Shown piece after piece: positions 1-10,025 of a DNA stretch of 32,000 nt. This DNA is from an uncultured Kangiella sp. (GTDB lineage Bacteria; Pseudomonadota; Gammaproteobacteria; Enterobacterales; Kangiellaceae), in the NCBI GenBank assembly GCA_964454125.1, contig CAYVSL010000009.1:38475-70474 (forward strand). Direction: 5' to 3'. A model generated the notes under the pieces. It saw only the letters and a list, made by a program, of their open reading frames with translations, was not told the origin of the DNA and did not search any database. The first letter of the stretch is position 1; each line of letters opens with the position of its first letter. The position numbers and the translations under genes are program-made.

Positions 1-815
1 ATCTTAGCCAATATCAACCTAATAGTGTAAAAGCATTGCATTACTTTACTCAAGCTTCTCGGCTCGCATTTGCTGATCGCGATGTTTATATGGCTGATCC
101 TGACTTTATTCAGGTGCCCGTTTCGGCATTGTTAAATGATCAATATATTAAATCTCGTCAATTACTGATTAATAAAACTGACATGGGAAAAGCCATAGCC
201 GGACACCCACCACTTTCATTAAGCTGGGCCAAAGATGATTCATTCGAAATGCCTTCAACCAGCCATATTTCAATCGTTGACTCAAAGGGGAATGCTGTAT
301 CCATGACAACATCCATTGAAATGGCGTTTGGATCAACCTTGATGGTAAATGGTTATTTGTTAAATAACCAATTGACCGATTTTGCTTTGTCTCCCACTCG
401 CAATGGGAAAATGCTAGCCAATCGTGTGGAAGGGAAAAAACGGCCTCGTAGCTCTATGACACCAGTAATGGTTTTTAATCCCGATGGTTCATTACGTCTG
501 GTTGTAGGTTCCCCTGGAGGGAGTCGTATTATCAATTATGTCGCACATGTCATTGTGGGGGTTTTAGACTGGAATTTAACCGCACAACAAGCGATTAATT
601 TGCCTCGTATTACAAACAGAAATGGCAATACTACTATAGAAAAAGATACTGAAATTGTTAATCTAAGTACCGCATTTAGAAAAATGGGACATGATATCAA
701 AGTACGAAATTTGAATTCGGGTCTTCATGCGGTAGAGATAATCGATAGTAAACTATATGGTGCGGCTGATCCGCGTAGAGAGGGGGTTGCCTTGTCGGAA
801 ATTGAAAACAGATAA
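1..815 (+). CDS. ggt: gamma-glutamyltransferase, C-terminal ~270 aa (5' end lies upstream of the window)
   Basis: The reading frame is open from the window edge (phase starting at nt 3), with no stop before the listed TTG at 36. The translation has the Ntn-hydrolase processing site and small-subunit start PSTSHISIVDSKGNAVSMTTSIEMAFGS, plus GSPGGSRII, both typical of GGT. Confidence 0.88.
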   Translation, partial: LSQYQPNSVKALHYFTQASRLAFADRDVYMADPDFIQVPVSALLNDQYIKSRQLLINKTDMGKAIAGHPPLSLSWAKDDSFEMPSTSHISIVDSKGNAVSMTTSIEMAFGSTLMVNGYLLNNQLTDFALSPTRNGKMLANRVEGKKRPRSSMTPVMVFNPDGSLRLVVGSPGGSRIINYVAHVIVGVLDWNLTAQQAINLPRITNRNGNTTIEKDTEIVNLSTAFRKMGHDIKVRNLNSGLHAVEIIDSKLYGAADPRREGVALSEIENR

Positions 816-891
816 TTTTTATCTAACGTGACGGTCTTCATTCCCACTGCGAAAGTGAGAATGGAAATTGATTAGATTATTTTTGAACGAT

Positions 892-1536
892 CTAGTTTTC
901 TTCATCGGTTTCTATAATGATCACCTTGCTTTCCATATGGAGCTTGCCATTGTCGTCATCTATTTTTATAATTTTTACATTTTCACTGTCTTTGGAAAGC
1001 CATTCCTGAACATGTTCTAAATCACCCTCGTTGCTGTCAGATGAAATAAAAAAGTGCATCTCATTGCCTTTACTAAAATTCACTTCTTTTTCAACTCCGG
1101 CAGCTGCAAATGCATCTTTAACGATAGCAATTTGCTCATCGGTTAGATCACCGATCACTTGGATCCCTTCGCTAACATTAGTAAGTAAAGGCATTCCATT
1201 TTTCATAAAGTGAGCAGCCATATCTCCACCAACGGCTGGAAGATTGATTTCCTCGCCATCTAGAGAAACTGAAATACTAGACTCTGTTTTGGTTACAGAA
1301 ATAGTGCTTCCTGACTCGGTGACGATATCTTTTGTTTCACCAATTGCAAGGTCTGGTAAATTGAAAACCTGGGTATCGCCGTTAAAATTTAAGTCAACTT
1401 TTGTTTTATTGTCGCCTAGTTTGTGAATTTGAACCATCACATTTTTTTCTTCAAGTTCATCCGCGCCGATTGAAATAGCGCCAAAACCTACCATTCCCAC
1501 AGCCATTGCTACGAGAGTTGATTTGAATGTTTTCAT
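892..1536 (-). CDS. hypothetical secreted acidic protein (214 aa)
   Basis: Intact ORF. The N-terminus MKTFKSTLVAMAVGMVGFGAISIGA looks like a Sec signal peptide. An AAGGA Shine-Dalgarno lies about 8 nt upstream of the ATG at 1536. The mature part is D/E-rich. No family recognised by eye. Confidence 0.6.
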   Translation of the reverse strand: MKTFKSTLVAMAVGMVGFGAISIGADELEEKNVMVQIHKLGDNKTKVDLNFNGDTQVFNLPDLAIGETKDIVTESGSTISVTKTESSISVSLDGEEINLPAVGGDMAAHFMKNGMPLLTNVSEGIQVIGDLTDEQIAIVKDAFAAAGVEKEVNFSKGNEMHFFISSDSNEGDLEHVQEWLSKDSENVKIIKIDDDNGKLHMESKVIIIETDEEN

Positions 1537-1587
1537 TTAATTGATCCTTTTAGTTTTCATTGCAGTTATGTTTATTCAGCCTAGGTT

Positions 1588-1605
1588 ATTCAATTTGCGT
1601 GCCAA
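1588..1605 (-). promoter_or_regulatory. candidate sigma-54 (-24/-12) promoter for the 892-1536 gene
   Basis: The minus strand reads TTGGCACGCAAATTGAAT, i.e. TGGCAC-N5-TTGA versus consensus TGGCAC-N5-TTGC (one mismatch in the -12 GC). It lies ~50 nt upstream of the ATG at 1536 and directly downstream of a sigma-54-dependent activator gene. Confidence 0.4.
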
Positions 1606-1665
1606 TACCGAAAATAGTGAATGGGTTTTGAACCACGGAGGATTTAGGGAAAAATGAAGTTAATA

Positions 1666-1703
1666 TATCCTTATATGGGAAATCGATTCTCTAAATAAGG
1701 ATA
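1666..1703. promoter_or_regulatory. 9-bp inverted repeat (TATCCTTAT-N20-ATAAGGATA), possible enhancer-binding-protein site
   Basis: Perfect 9-bp arms at 1666-1674 and 1695-1703. They lie ~65-115 bp upstream (in minus-strand sense) of the candidate sigma-54 promoter, the usual distance for an upstream activating sequence. Confidence 0.3.
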
Positions 1704-1813
1704 ATTTTTATCGCCATGAGGATTGAACCGATCTTATTTAAAAAATTAAGATGCTAGATTTTTGGTAGGAGGCACGCTTCTACTAACCAATGTGTACGAA
1801 AGCCAGCCTGAAC

Positions 1814-3163
1814 CTAGATCTTATATTTCTCCAATCGATATAAAAAGGCTTTATATCCAAGCCCTAATAATTTAGCTGCCTGAGTTCGATTATTATTACA
1901 ATGACTTAGCGCTTGCAATAAACATTCTTTTTCATGTTCTTCCCATTGCAATCCCTGTTCGGGTAATAAGAAAGCTTGCTTTGGATTATGGTTGGACAGT
2001 TCCAACTCTTCGACGTCTTCGGCTGAAATGGTATCACCAAAAGACAGCAGTACTAGTCGTTCTAGGCTGTTTCTCAATTGCCTGACATTGCCCGGCCAGG
2101 GATAGGCCAATAACATCTTTAAAGCCGAACTTGATAGAGACTTTTTTTCGCTTTGATATTGCTTGCAAAAATGTTGTAAAAAATGAGAAATCAATAGAGA
2201 AACATCTTCCTGTCTTTGACGAAGTGGTGGGATAGTGACTGGAATGACATTTAATCGATAGTACAAGTCCTCTCTAAAATTACCGTTTTCGACTTCTTCC
2301 ATTAAATTCCGATTAGTCGCAGCTACGACTCTGACATTGAGTTTAATTTCATCATTCGAACCGACTCTTGTAATGGTTCCTTCTTGCAGAAAACGTAATA
2401 GTTTACTTTGTAATATGAGTGGTAGTTCGCCAATTTCATCAAGAAAAATAGTGCCATGATCTGCCGCTTCAAATTTTCCCAGCCGGGTTTTGTTAGCACC
2501 GGTGTAAGAGCCTTTTTCTGCGCCAAACAATTCAGCTTCAGCTAAACTTTCTGGAATAGCGGCACAGTTAACCGGCAAAAATATATTCTTAGAGCGATTA
2601 GATAATTGATGAATAGCTCTTGCGGCAAGTTCTTTTCCTGTACCACTCTCACCGGAGATTAATAAAGTAGCACTAGTTGGTGCCGCTTTTTCTATTCGGG
2701 TAAACAAGCGATTCATGGCGGTTGAATGGCCAAGCATATCAACAAGCTTGTCTCGGTGTTTGGATTGTTGTTTGAGTTGTTGGTTTTCATTTTCAAGAGA
2801 CTTAGTGTAGATTAATTTCTTGACTGTAAATAACAATGACTGCTTGTCAAAAGGTTTTGGCAGGTAGTCGTCAGCACCATCACGAATGACATTGATTGCA
2901 TGGGATGCATCGCTATGGGCTGTAATTAAAATAAAGCCACAGCTTGGGGCTATTTGAGATATTTTTTTTAGTAGTAATTCGCCATTCATACCTGGTAGCT
3001 GCCAATCAGATATCACTAGGTCGATTGAGCGATGGTTAAGGATGTTAACGGCTTCTTCAGCAGTGGCAACGGCATCCACTTGATACTTCTCTGAAAGCAA
3101 AATCGACTGTATAATTTTTCGTTGATCGGCTTCATCTTCAACCAGTAAAATTTGTATTGACAT
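1814..3163 (-). CDS. sigma-54-dependent response regulator (NtrC/AtoC/ZraR class)
   Basis: N-terminal receiver domain (ILLVEDE...DLVISDWQLPGMNG). AAA+ sigma-54 interaction domain with Walker A GESGTGKE, GAFTGA-like loop GAEKGSYTGA and Walker B IFLDEIGEL. C-terminal Fis-type HTH (NRTQAAKLLGLGYKAFLYRLEKY). Confidence 0.92.
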   Translation of the reverse strand: MSIQILLVEDEADQRKIIQSILLSEKYQVDAVATAEEAVNILNHRSIDLVISDWQLPGMNGELLLKKISQIAPSCGFILITAHSDASHAINVIRDGADDYLPKPFDKQSLLFTVKKLIYTKSLENENQQLKQQSKHRDKLVDMLGHSTAMNRLFTRIEKAAPTSATLLISGESGTGKELAARAIHQLSNRSKNIFLPVNCAAIPESLAEAELFGAEKGSYTGANKTRLGKFEAADHGTIFLDEIGELPLILQSKLLRFLQEGTITRVGSNDEIKLNVRVVAATNRNLMEEVENGNFREDLYYRLNVIPVTIPPLRQRQEDVSLLISHFLQHFCKQYQSEKKSLSSSALKMLLAYPWPGNVRQLRNSLERLVLLSFGDTISAEDVEELELSNHNPKQAFLLPEQGLQWEEHEKECLLQALSHCNNNRTQAAKLLGLGYKAFLYRLEKYKI

Positions 3164-3167
3164 GTAT

Positions 3168-4511
3168 CTACATCCTACTATTTAAGCTTATAATGATTCG
3201 GCTGCCAGGATGTTTTCTACCAGCCTGGTTTGGGTTTTTACTAATTGTAATATCACCATTATATTTCAAGGTGACAACTCGGTGGGCAAGATAGAGCCCC
3301 ATTCCTGCACCGTAGGTTTTGTTAGTATTATGAGGGAAAAATAGTTTTTCTTTTATTTTTTTGTTAAATCCAATCCCTCGATCGCTTATGATTATTTTAA
3401 TAGTATTATTTTTTTGAGTGAGTTTGATGACTACCGAATCATTACTGCTGATTGCTTCTGTCGCTTCGACCGAATTACTGATCATGCTTTGTAAAAGGCT
3501 TTTCAACTCCGGCCTGATCGCCTTAAGTTGATAACTGTTATTGCTATTCGCTTTTGACGGTTCAACCAATAATTCAATTTTAATATTCGCCGTACTACTA
3601 AGGTTAATATCAGCGATACAAGATTGAAGTAAGGTGTTAAGGTTAATCGATTCGATTAAGCTAGTATCGCTTGACATTATATCCATTAAAGAACGTACCC
3701 ATTTATCAATTCTTTGAATTTGAAATTTCGATATGCGTGAAAGTTTCTTTTTTTGTGTATTGTCGCTTGTTGAACTAAGTTCATCGACAGCTAAACTTAA
3801 GGTATTTAATGGATTGCGGATAGTATGCGCAAGTCCGCGGGTTATTTCTGATAGTTCAGATAGTTGTGCTTGCTTTTGAAGGGTTTCATTTTCTTTTTGT
3901 AATACATCGATTTTTTTAGACATCTCGTTAAAAGCTGTAATCGTGTTTTGTAACTCGATGCTTTGAAATTTTTTATTGTTATTGACCTGAAATCCAAATT
4001 CACCGCGACCCACACGGTATGAGGCTGTTTGAAGTTCTTTGAGTGGTTGAGATAGTCGTCTTGAAAAATATGCTGCAGCGAGTAATCCAATAAAAATAAA
4101 TACAAAGGCACTAATCAGTATTTTTTGTGACATGGCATCTAATGATTTTTCAATACCTGTTCGAGGTATGTCTATTTTGAAAGTGGAACCAGCAGTATCG
4201 ATAGTTAAATAATTATCTTTTTGCTCATCCTTTAGACTGATATTAATATCGTTTGTTAAACTTGCTAGGGAGTTAAATATTTCTGTTTGCTCTATGACCG
4301 AAATTTGGGATAATACTGCGAATTTTCTGACGGGTTGTTTGGGTTGTTTAAAAAGCAATGTTTCAATGGTTGAGTGACTAACTTCAAAAGCGGCTTGACC
4401 AATTTTGCTGGAAACATCTTTGGTGAAATTTTGAATTAGCCAAAATTGTAGTAGAAAAAGCATGCTCAGTAATAATGCGATAAAAATAAAGGTGATTTTT
4501 CTGAACGTCAT
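3168..4511 (-). CDS. membrane sensor histidine kinase, partner of the downstream response regulator
   Basis: Two hydrophobic helices flank a ~110-aa predicted periplasmic segment. H-box EITRGLAHTIRNPL and ATPase boxes (ISDRGIGF, GAGMGLYLAH) are present. The gene ends 4 nt before the regulator start. Confidence 0.88.
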   Translation of the reverse strand: MTFRKITFIFIALLLSMLFLLQFWLIQNFTKDVSSKIGQAAFEVSHSTIETLLFKQPKQPVRKFAVLSQISVIEQTEIFNSLASLTNDINISLKDEQKDNYLTIDTAGSTFKIDIPRTGIEKSLDAMSQKILISAFVFIFIGLLAAAYFSRRLSQPLKELQTASYRVGRGEFGFQVNNNKKFQSIELQNTITAFNEMSKKIDVLQKENETLQKQAQLSELSEITRGLAHTIRNPLNTLSLAVDELSSTSDNTQKKKLSRISKFQIQRIDKWVRSLMDIMSSDTSLIESINLNTLLQSCIADINLSSTANIKIELLVEPSKANSNNSYQLKAIRPELKSLLQSMISNSVEATEAISSNDSVVIKLTQKNNTIKIIISDRGIGFNKKIKEKLFFPHNTNKTYGAGMGLYLAHRVVTLKYNGDITISKNPNQAGRKHPGSRIIISLNSRM

Positions 4512-4616
4512 GACTCGTGCTCCCCGGCTTGTTAAGGCTTTATTTTAAGTTTATTATTTTTCTGATTCTCCAGAGGTTTGTATAGCAGGATATATGCCAA
4601 TTTTGAAGAAGTTGAT

Positions 4617-5396
4617 TTACAATGTTAAGTGTAATATCAACATTGTAGTCAAACCAATCAAGATGCCTAGCGATTCCCACTGATCGGGTATTTTATTTTT
4701 TACTCTATCGAATAGACTATTGTCGTGGGATGCAGAGTGTTCGGTCTTATGTTGATGATGATGTGAATGCTCATGAGTCAAACTGGTATGCATGCAGCCA
4801 TCAGCGTGCGGTTTATGAAGAATAACATGCATCAGGGAGCCACTGATAAAAGCTTGCAGGGCAGCGAACGAGGCACTGGAGTGATATTCACTGAGCTGCA
4901 TGCTCAGAGCAAAGCCACCACTGGTCGCTGCGGCCATGGTGACCAAGGTAAGCAAGGCATAACGTTCTCCAATTAATGGTTTTAATAACCACCAGATAGT
5001 AAGGCCAACGGGTAATCGATGTAAAATAATCGCCAATGTAAAGTTTTCATGTTGACTGCTGAAACTAGCATTTTGTAGCGCCACACCGTCAATACTGGCA
5101 TGCAATACTAGGCCCAAAATTCCCAGTAGTATGGTCATCAAATGAGTTTTGTTGGCTAACTTGGTAAATAATTTTTCAATTAAGGTGGGACCGACAAATC
5201 CCAATAGCGCTAGAACAATCGCTAGGTAGCCGATGCTGTTAAAAGTCAGAGGTAATACTTCAATAAACAAGGTTGCGGTGATTACTACCAGTATAAAACC
5301 GCTTACAATACGATCAGTACGACGCATTGGACCAAAGGTTTGATAGATTAAAGGCCCGACACCTAAAGCAAAAACACTGGCAATTAATGCGATCAT
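4617..5396 (-). CDS. ZIP-family-like metal cation transporter with His-rich loop
   Basis: Polytopic membrane protein. It has ZIP-like motifs HASIDGVAL (cf. HxxxDGxA) and HRLPVGLTI (cf. HNxPEGL), and a His-rich segment HKPHADGCMHTSLTHEHSHHHQHKTEHSASH. Its start overlaps the upstream gene's stop (ATGA). Confidence 0.62.
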   Translation of the reverse strand: MIALIASVFALGVGPLIYQTFGPMRRTDRIVSGFILVVITATLFIEVLPLTFNSIGYLAIVLALLGFVGPTLIEKLFTKLANKTHLMTILLGILGLVLHASIDGVALQNASFSSQHENFTLAIILHRLPVGLTIWWLLKPLIGERYALLTLVTMAAATSGGFALSMQLSEYHSSASFAALQAFISGSLMHVILHKPHADGCMHTSLTHEHSHHHQHKTEHSASHDNSLFDRVKNKIPDQWESLGILIGLTTMLILHLTL

Positions 5397-6778
5397 TTTA
5401 GTAATTTTCCCGGATTCATAATATTAGCTGGATCAAAGACTTTTTTAATGGCTTTCATAAACTCAATTTCCGCTGAACTCCTGCTAAATTGTAAATAATC
5501 TTTTTTCACCAATCCAACGCCATGTTCTGCCGAGATACTACCGTTAAAGTCTTTTAGAATGGCAAAAATTTCTGGATTTGCTTGGGCGCATTGTTGTTTA
5601 AATGTTTCAAGATCCAGCTCTTTAGGTTTTAAAATATTTAAATGTAAATTGCCATCACCAATATGACCAAACCAGATATTTTCAAAATCAGGGTAGTTTG
5701 CATTCACAAATGCATCCACTTTTAATAAAAATTCTCCAACTTGTGATGGTTTAACCGCAATATCATTCTTGTAAGGTGGATAGTGGGATATCGATTCCGA
5801 GATCCCCTCGCGATATTGCCACATCTCTTTAGCTTGTTGTTGGCTTTGGCTTATCAAACCATCGATCAACCATTCGTTTTTAGCAGCTGTTTCAAATGCG
5901 ACAAATGCCTTATCCATTGCTTCTTCGCTACCCCCTTCAAACTCCACCAGCACATAGAAGTTAGCGCTGTTTGCAAAAGGCTGTTTAAGAGAGCGATGTT
6001 CAATCACTTTGTCTAACGCTTGTTGTGAAAAAAATTCGAATGCCAGTAAGTCGATGGAGGATTGAAAATGGTCCAGCAAATTGGAAACATCTTCCAGCCC
6101 ATCTAATGCTAAAAGCATAACGGTCGGTTCTTTGGGGGGGGTGGTTAATGCCATTTCTGCCTGAGTAATGATACCAAGCGTTCCTTCGCTGCCAATCATC
6201 AAGTGCCTTAGATCGTAGCCAGTGGCATTTTTTACCAGACCGTTATTTAGTTTCAGTATTTCACCTTTGGCTGTAACAAGGGTTAATCCAACGACCCAAT
6301 CCCTCGTCAATCCGTATTTTAGGACTTTTATTCCACCTGCATTAGTCGCGATATTGCCACCTATCTGGCTGGAGCCTGCTGAAGCAAAATCAACCGGGTA
6401 ATACAAGCCTTGTTCTTCAGCGAAATGTTGTAATTGCTCGGTGATTACTCCTGCGCCACAAGTAACCGTTCGATCAATGGGGTTAAAACTGGAAATTTGA
6501 TTAAGTCTGTCCAGTGATAGCACCATTTCTCCATTTGTGGCAACAGCGCCACCACTCAGTCCTGTTCGACCGCCAGATGGCACAATAGCCATTTTATTTT
6601 TGTAGGCCAAAGCCACAATTTTAGCGACCTGCTCGGTATTGGCAGGTTTTACAATAAAGGAGGGAGCAGGGGGGTATAATCGACTCCAATCTTGACCATA
6701 GGTGTCTAAATCAGAAGCATCGGTTAATAAGTGATCGGAGCCAACAATGGCTTCGATCTGACTGGTGAAACGGGGCAT
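5393..6778 (-). CDS. FAD-linked oxidase (GlcD / D-2-hydroxyacid dehydrogenase family)
   Basis: 461 aa with the FAD-binding PCMH-type N-terminal half (VPSGGRTGLSGGAV, GGNIATNAGG) and a C-terminal FAD-oxidase domain (SAEHGVGL, DPANIMNPGKL). Confidence 0.85.
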   Translation of the reverse strand: MPRFTSQIEAIVGSDHLLTDASDLDTYGQDWSRLYPPAPSFIVKPANTEQVAKIVALAYKNKMAIVPSGGRTGLSGGAVATNGEMVLSLDRLNQISSFNPIDRTVTCGAGVITEQLQHFAEEQGLYYPVDFASAGSSQIGGNIATNAGGIKVLKYGLTRDWVVGLTLVTAKGEILKLNNGLVKNATGYDLRHLMIGSEGTLGIITQAEMALTTPPKEPTVMLLALDGLEDVSNLLDHFQSSIDLLAFEFFSQQALDKVIEHRSLKQPFANSANFYVLVEFEGGSEEAMDKAFVAFETAAKNEWLIDGLISQSQQQAKEMWQYREGISESISHYPPYKNDIAVKPSQVGEFLLKVDAFVNANYPDFENIWFGHIGDGNLHLNILKPKELDLETFKQQCAQANPEIFAILKDFNGSISAEHGVGLVKKDYLQFSRSSAEIEFMKAIKKVFDPANIMNPGKLLK

Positions 6779-6973
6779 TTATATTCCAAATTAAGGGGGG
6801 TATTTGTCAGGGATTGTAGCAGATAAGTGATATAGCTTTCGATAGATTATTCAGATTGGTTATGATTGGTTTTGCAAGTAGGAAGTTGGCGCACATCTTC
6901 CTTCAAATTAACCTTAGATCCCAAAATGACTTAATTAAGTTATGATAAACACCTTTCAACGACAGTTGAGAGG

Positions 6974-8680
6974 CTATTTTGTATTCTTATAGTTCACATA
7001 ATGGCTCATAAGTCCCGATGTAGAACAATCATGAAATGATTTAACTGAGTCGCGGTCTTGTAGCTCATCTAGAATATTGCTCGCTAGTTGCTTACCGAGT
7101 TCAACGCCCCATTGATCAAAAGAATTAATATTCCAAATAACCCCTTGGACAAATATTTTGTGCTCATACGTAGCAATGAGTGAACCTAGTGTTTTAGGAT
7201 CAAGTTGGTCAAACAAAAAGGTATTGCTCGGTCGATTACCGGGAAACATTTTATGAGGTGATAATTTATTAATTTGCTCTGGCGATAAATTAGCAGATTG
7301 TAATTCAGACTCTACTTCCTGTTTGGTTTTGCCGCGCATTAAAGCTTCCGTTTGAGCCAATATATTCGACATCAATGCATCTTGATGTTTCGATCCGCCA
7401 TTGATATTCGATAAAGATGTCAGTACATCAATCGGCACTAACTTAGTCCCTTGATGCAGTAATTGATAAAATGCGTGCTGGCTAGGGTTGCCTAGTTCAC
7501 CGAATAATACGGGACCAGTTGAATAGTCTATTGGTTGACCATTCAAGTTAACGGATTTACCGTTACTTTCCATATCAGCCTGTTGAAGATATGCGGGAAA
7601 TCGATGCAAATGTTGGCAGTAGGGCAGAACGGCCATTGCCTCTGACTGATAAAAATTGTTGTACCAGATCCCCAATAACCCCATTAGTACGGGAATATTT
7701 TGATCAAAAGGTGCTGTTTTAAAGTGCTCATCGATTTCATAGGCACCACATAATAGTTGTTTAAAATTTTCCATACCAATCGCAATCATTACAGAGAGGC
7801 CTATGGCAGACCATAATGAATAACGACCACCAACCCAATCCCAAATGGCAAAAACATTTTGTTGCTCGATCCCGAATGAGAGCGCTGCTTCTAAATTGGT
7901 GGAAACAGCAACAAAGTGTTTCGATAATTGAGAGTCATCGGATATTTGGGACAAGAACCAATCTCTAGCGGTATTGGCGTTGAGCATGGTCTCCTGAGTG
8001 GTAAAAGTCTTAGAGCAGATGATAAAAAGTGTACTGGCGGCTTCAAGATTTTGCAGTGTGTCATTAATTTGATTCTCATCAATATTGGCAACAAAATGCA
8101 TGTTGAGGTTTTTAGCGGCAAAAGGTTTTAACGCTTCGGTTACCATTTGTGGTCCTAGGTGAGAGCCGCCAATACCAATATTTACGACGTCGGTAATAGG
8201 CTTCCCCGTTGCTCCTAACCAGCCTCCATTTCGAACTTTGTCGCATAGTAGTTTGATCCGCTCTAGCTCATTCGATACTTCAGCGCGCACATCAACGTCA
8301 TCAACAATGAGAGGTTCAGTTCCCTGATAACGTAACGCGCTATGCAGTACCGAACGATCTTCAGTTGTATTGATCCTGTCTCCATTAAACATCGCTTTAA
8401 TTTTCTCACTTAACTGGCATGCTGTTGCGAGTTTACTGAGAAGTTTGATCGTTGTTTGGTCGATTCTATTTTTAGAATAATCAAATAAGATAGTATTTAA
8501 GGTAATCGAAAAACGATCAAAACGTTGACTATCCTGATTAAATTGTTCACGCATATGCACCTGATGAGTGGATTGATAATGATCAACTAGCGCTAGCCAT
8601 TCGGGCATGTCTTTGAGATTTTGTTCTGAGGATTTCAATTGCTTAGGACCTTGAATATCTGGTTTTGCGGATCTTAACAT
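6974..8680 (-). CDS. pgi: glucose-6-phosphate isomerase
   Basis: Collinear by eye with enterobacterial Pgi: VVNIGIGGSHLGP, SKTFTTQET, DWVGGRYSLWSAIG, MESNGK, FDQWGVELGK. The start is uncertain, because an internal Met (MPEWLAL) 24 codons downstream is also possible. Confidence 0.95.
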   Translation of the reverse strand: MLRSAKPDIQGPKQLKSSEQNLKDMPEWLALVDHYQSTHQVHMREQFNQDSQRFDRFSITLNTILFDYSKNRIDQTTIKLLSKLATACQLSEKIKAMFNGDRINTTEDRSVLHSALRYQGTEPLIVDDVDVRAEVSNELERIKLLCDKVRNGGWLGATGKPITDVVNIGIGGSHLGPQMVTEALKPFAAKNLNMHFVANIDENQINDTLQNLEAASTLFIICSKTFTTQETMLNANTARDWFLSQISDDSQLSKHFVAVSTNLEAALSFGIEQQNVFAIWDWVGGRYSLWSAIGLSVMIAIGMENFKQLLCGAYEIDEHFKTAPFDQNIPVLMGLLGIWYNNFYQSEAMAVLPYCQHLHRFPAYLQQADMESNGKSVNLNGQPIDYSTGPVLFGELGNPSQHAFYQLLHQGTKLVPIDVLTSLSNINGGSKHQDALMSNILAQTEALMRGKTKQEVESELQSANLSPEQINKLSPHKMFPGNRPSNTFLFDQLDPKTLGSLIATYEHKIFVQGVIWNINSFDQWGVELGKQLASNILDELQDRDSVKSFHDCSTSGLMSHYVNYKNTK

Positions 8681-8749
8681 ATTAGCCGTGTTGGCTTTCA
8701 GCTAAATATGCCTTCAATACGAGGAGTTTACATCGTGACTTGTTGAGTA

Positions 8750-8839
8750 ACAAAACCTAATGGCGTTGAGGTACGAAACCAAACAGTCAATGTCCAGATT
8801 AATCCAAACATTTGGGTTTCGCTACGCTCCACACCATTA
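8750..8839 (-). terminator. long imperfect hairpin followed by a U-tract, candidate terminator/attenuator after gap
   Basis: Arms at about 8758-8783 and 8811-8839 pair as two helices (~13 bp with one mismatch, plus ~7-10 bp) around a 27-nt loop. On the minus strand the stem is followed by GGTTTTGTT. It lies ~65 nt downstream of the gap stop. Confidence 0.4.
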
Positions 8840-8906
8840 ACCTACGATGGGTGTATACACTATCAACGCTGTGATATGGACAAGGTTGAATTAAATAACA
8901 AACAAA

Positions 8907-9956
8907 TCAAACGGCTTTCTTTAATTTGTTTTCTACTTCACATGCGATCAATGCAATACAGGTATCTAACATGCGATTGGAAAAGCCCCACTCGTTGTCG
9001 TACCAAGACATAATTTTAACCATACGTCCTTCCACTCGTGTTTGAGCCGCATCAAAGCTGGAAGATGCGGGATCATGATTGAAGTCGATTGAAACCAGAG
9101 GTTCTGTTATATAGTTAAGCACGCCTTTTAATTCGTTATTAGCGGCATTCTGTATTGCTTGATTGACTTCTTTTACGCTGGTATCTCGTGAAGCTAAAAA
9201 AGTTAGATCCACCACTGATACGTTGATGGTTGGAACTCTAATAGCCATACCATCCAATTTACCTTGCAATTCGGGTAATACCAGCCCAACGGCTTTTGCC
9301 GCACCGGTTTTTGTCGGGATCATAGAATGAGTCGCTGAGCGTGCACGATAGATATCACTATGTGCAGCATCAATTAATTTTTGGTCATTCGTGTAAGCAT
9401 GGATCGTAGTCATTAATCCTGACTCAATACCGATTACATCATTAAGTACTTTTGCTACCGGTGCTAAACAATTTGTAGTACAAGACGCATTTGAAATAAT
9501 CGTGCTGTCACTATTTAGAATGTCGTGATTGACTCCGTAAACTACGGTAGCATCTACATTTTTGCCAGGTGCTGAAATGATGACTTTTCTGGCACCAGCT
9601 TCGATATGTTGGTTGGCCGATTCACGATCGGTAAAAAATCCGGTGCACTCAAATACAATATCGATATCCAATTCTTTCCAAGGAAGATTTTTGGGTTCTC
9701 TTTCGCTGCAAATGGTAATGACATCACCATTTACAACCATTCGATTTTGTTGTTCTAGTTCTTCTGGCATTAAGCTTACATCGGCACTAAATCGGCCATG
9801 TACCGTATCATATTTAGTTAGATGAACATTGTTTTTGGCATTGCCTAAATCGTTAATGGCCACTATTCTAATCTGTTTACGATAATCACCTTCATAAAGT
9901 GCACGTAAAATATTTCTGCCGATTCGGCCATATCCGTTGATAGCAACATTGATCAT
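8907..9956 (-). CDS. gap: glyceraldehyde-3-phosphate dehydrogenase (type I)
   Basis: NAD-binding N-terminus [10 protein letters not shown], active-site [12 protein letters not shown], and WYDNEWGFS near the C-terminus. Confidence 0.95.
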   Translation of the reverse strand: MINVAINGYGRIGRNILRALYEGDYRKQIRIVAINDLGNAKNNVHLTKYDTVHGRFSADVSLMPEELEQQNRMVVNGDVITICSEREPKNLPWKELDIDIVFECTGFFTDRESANQHIEAGARKVIISAPGKNVDATVVYGVNHDILNSDSTIISNASCTTNCLAPVAKVLNDVIGIESGLMTTIHAYTNDQKLIDAAHSDIYRARSATHSMIPTKTGAAKAVGLVLPELQGKLDGMAIRVPTINVSVVDLTFLASRDTSVKEVNQAIQNAANNELKGVLNYITEPLVSIDFNHDPASSSFDAAQTRVEGRMVKIMSWYDNEWGFSNRMLDTCIALIACEVENKLKKAV

Positions 9957-10025
9957 TTTTGGGTCCTCGTTAAGATAAATTAATGATTGGTTTATGTCAG
10001 GTTTTTTATATTCAATTGAGTCAAT

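Noticed and set aside
839-863. The hairpin CATTCCCACT-GCGAA-AGTGAGAATG between convergent ggt and the 892-1536 gene, considered as a terminator.
   Set aside because: The stem has an internal mismatch and there is no adjacent U-tract on either strand. It is too weak to annotate.
6134-6141. A G8 homopolymer (C8 on the coding strand) inside the FAD-oxidase gene, considered as a possible phase-variation tract.
   Set aside because: The gene is intact and in frame (the tract encodes TTPPKEP), it is a housekeeping-type enzyme, and there is no evidence of variability from a single sequence.
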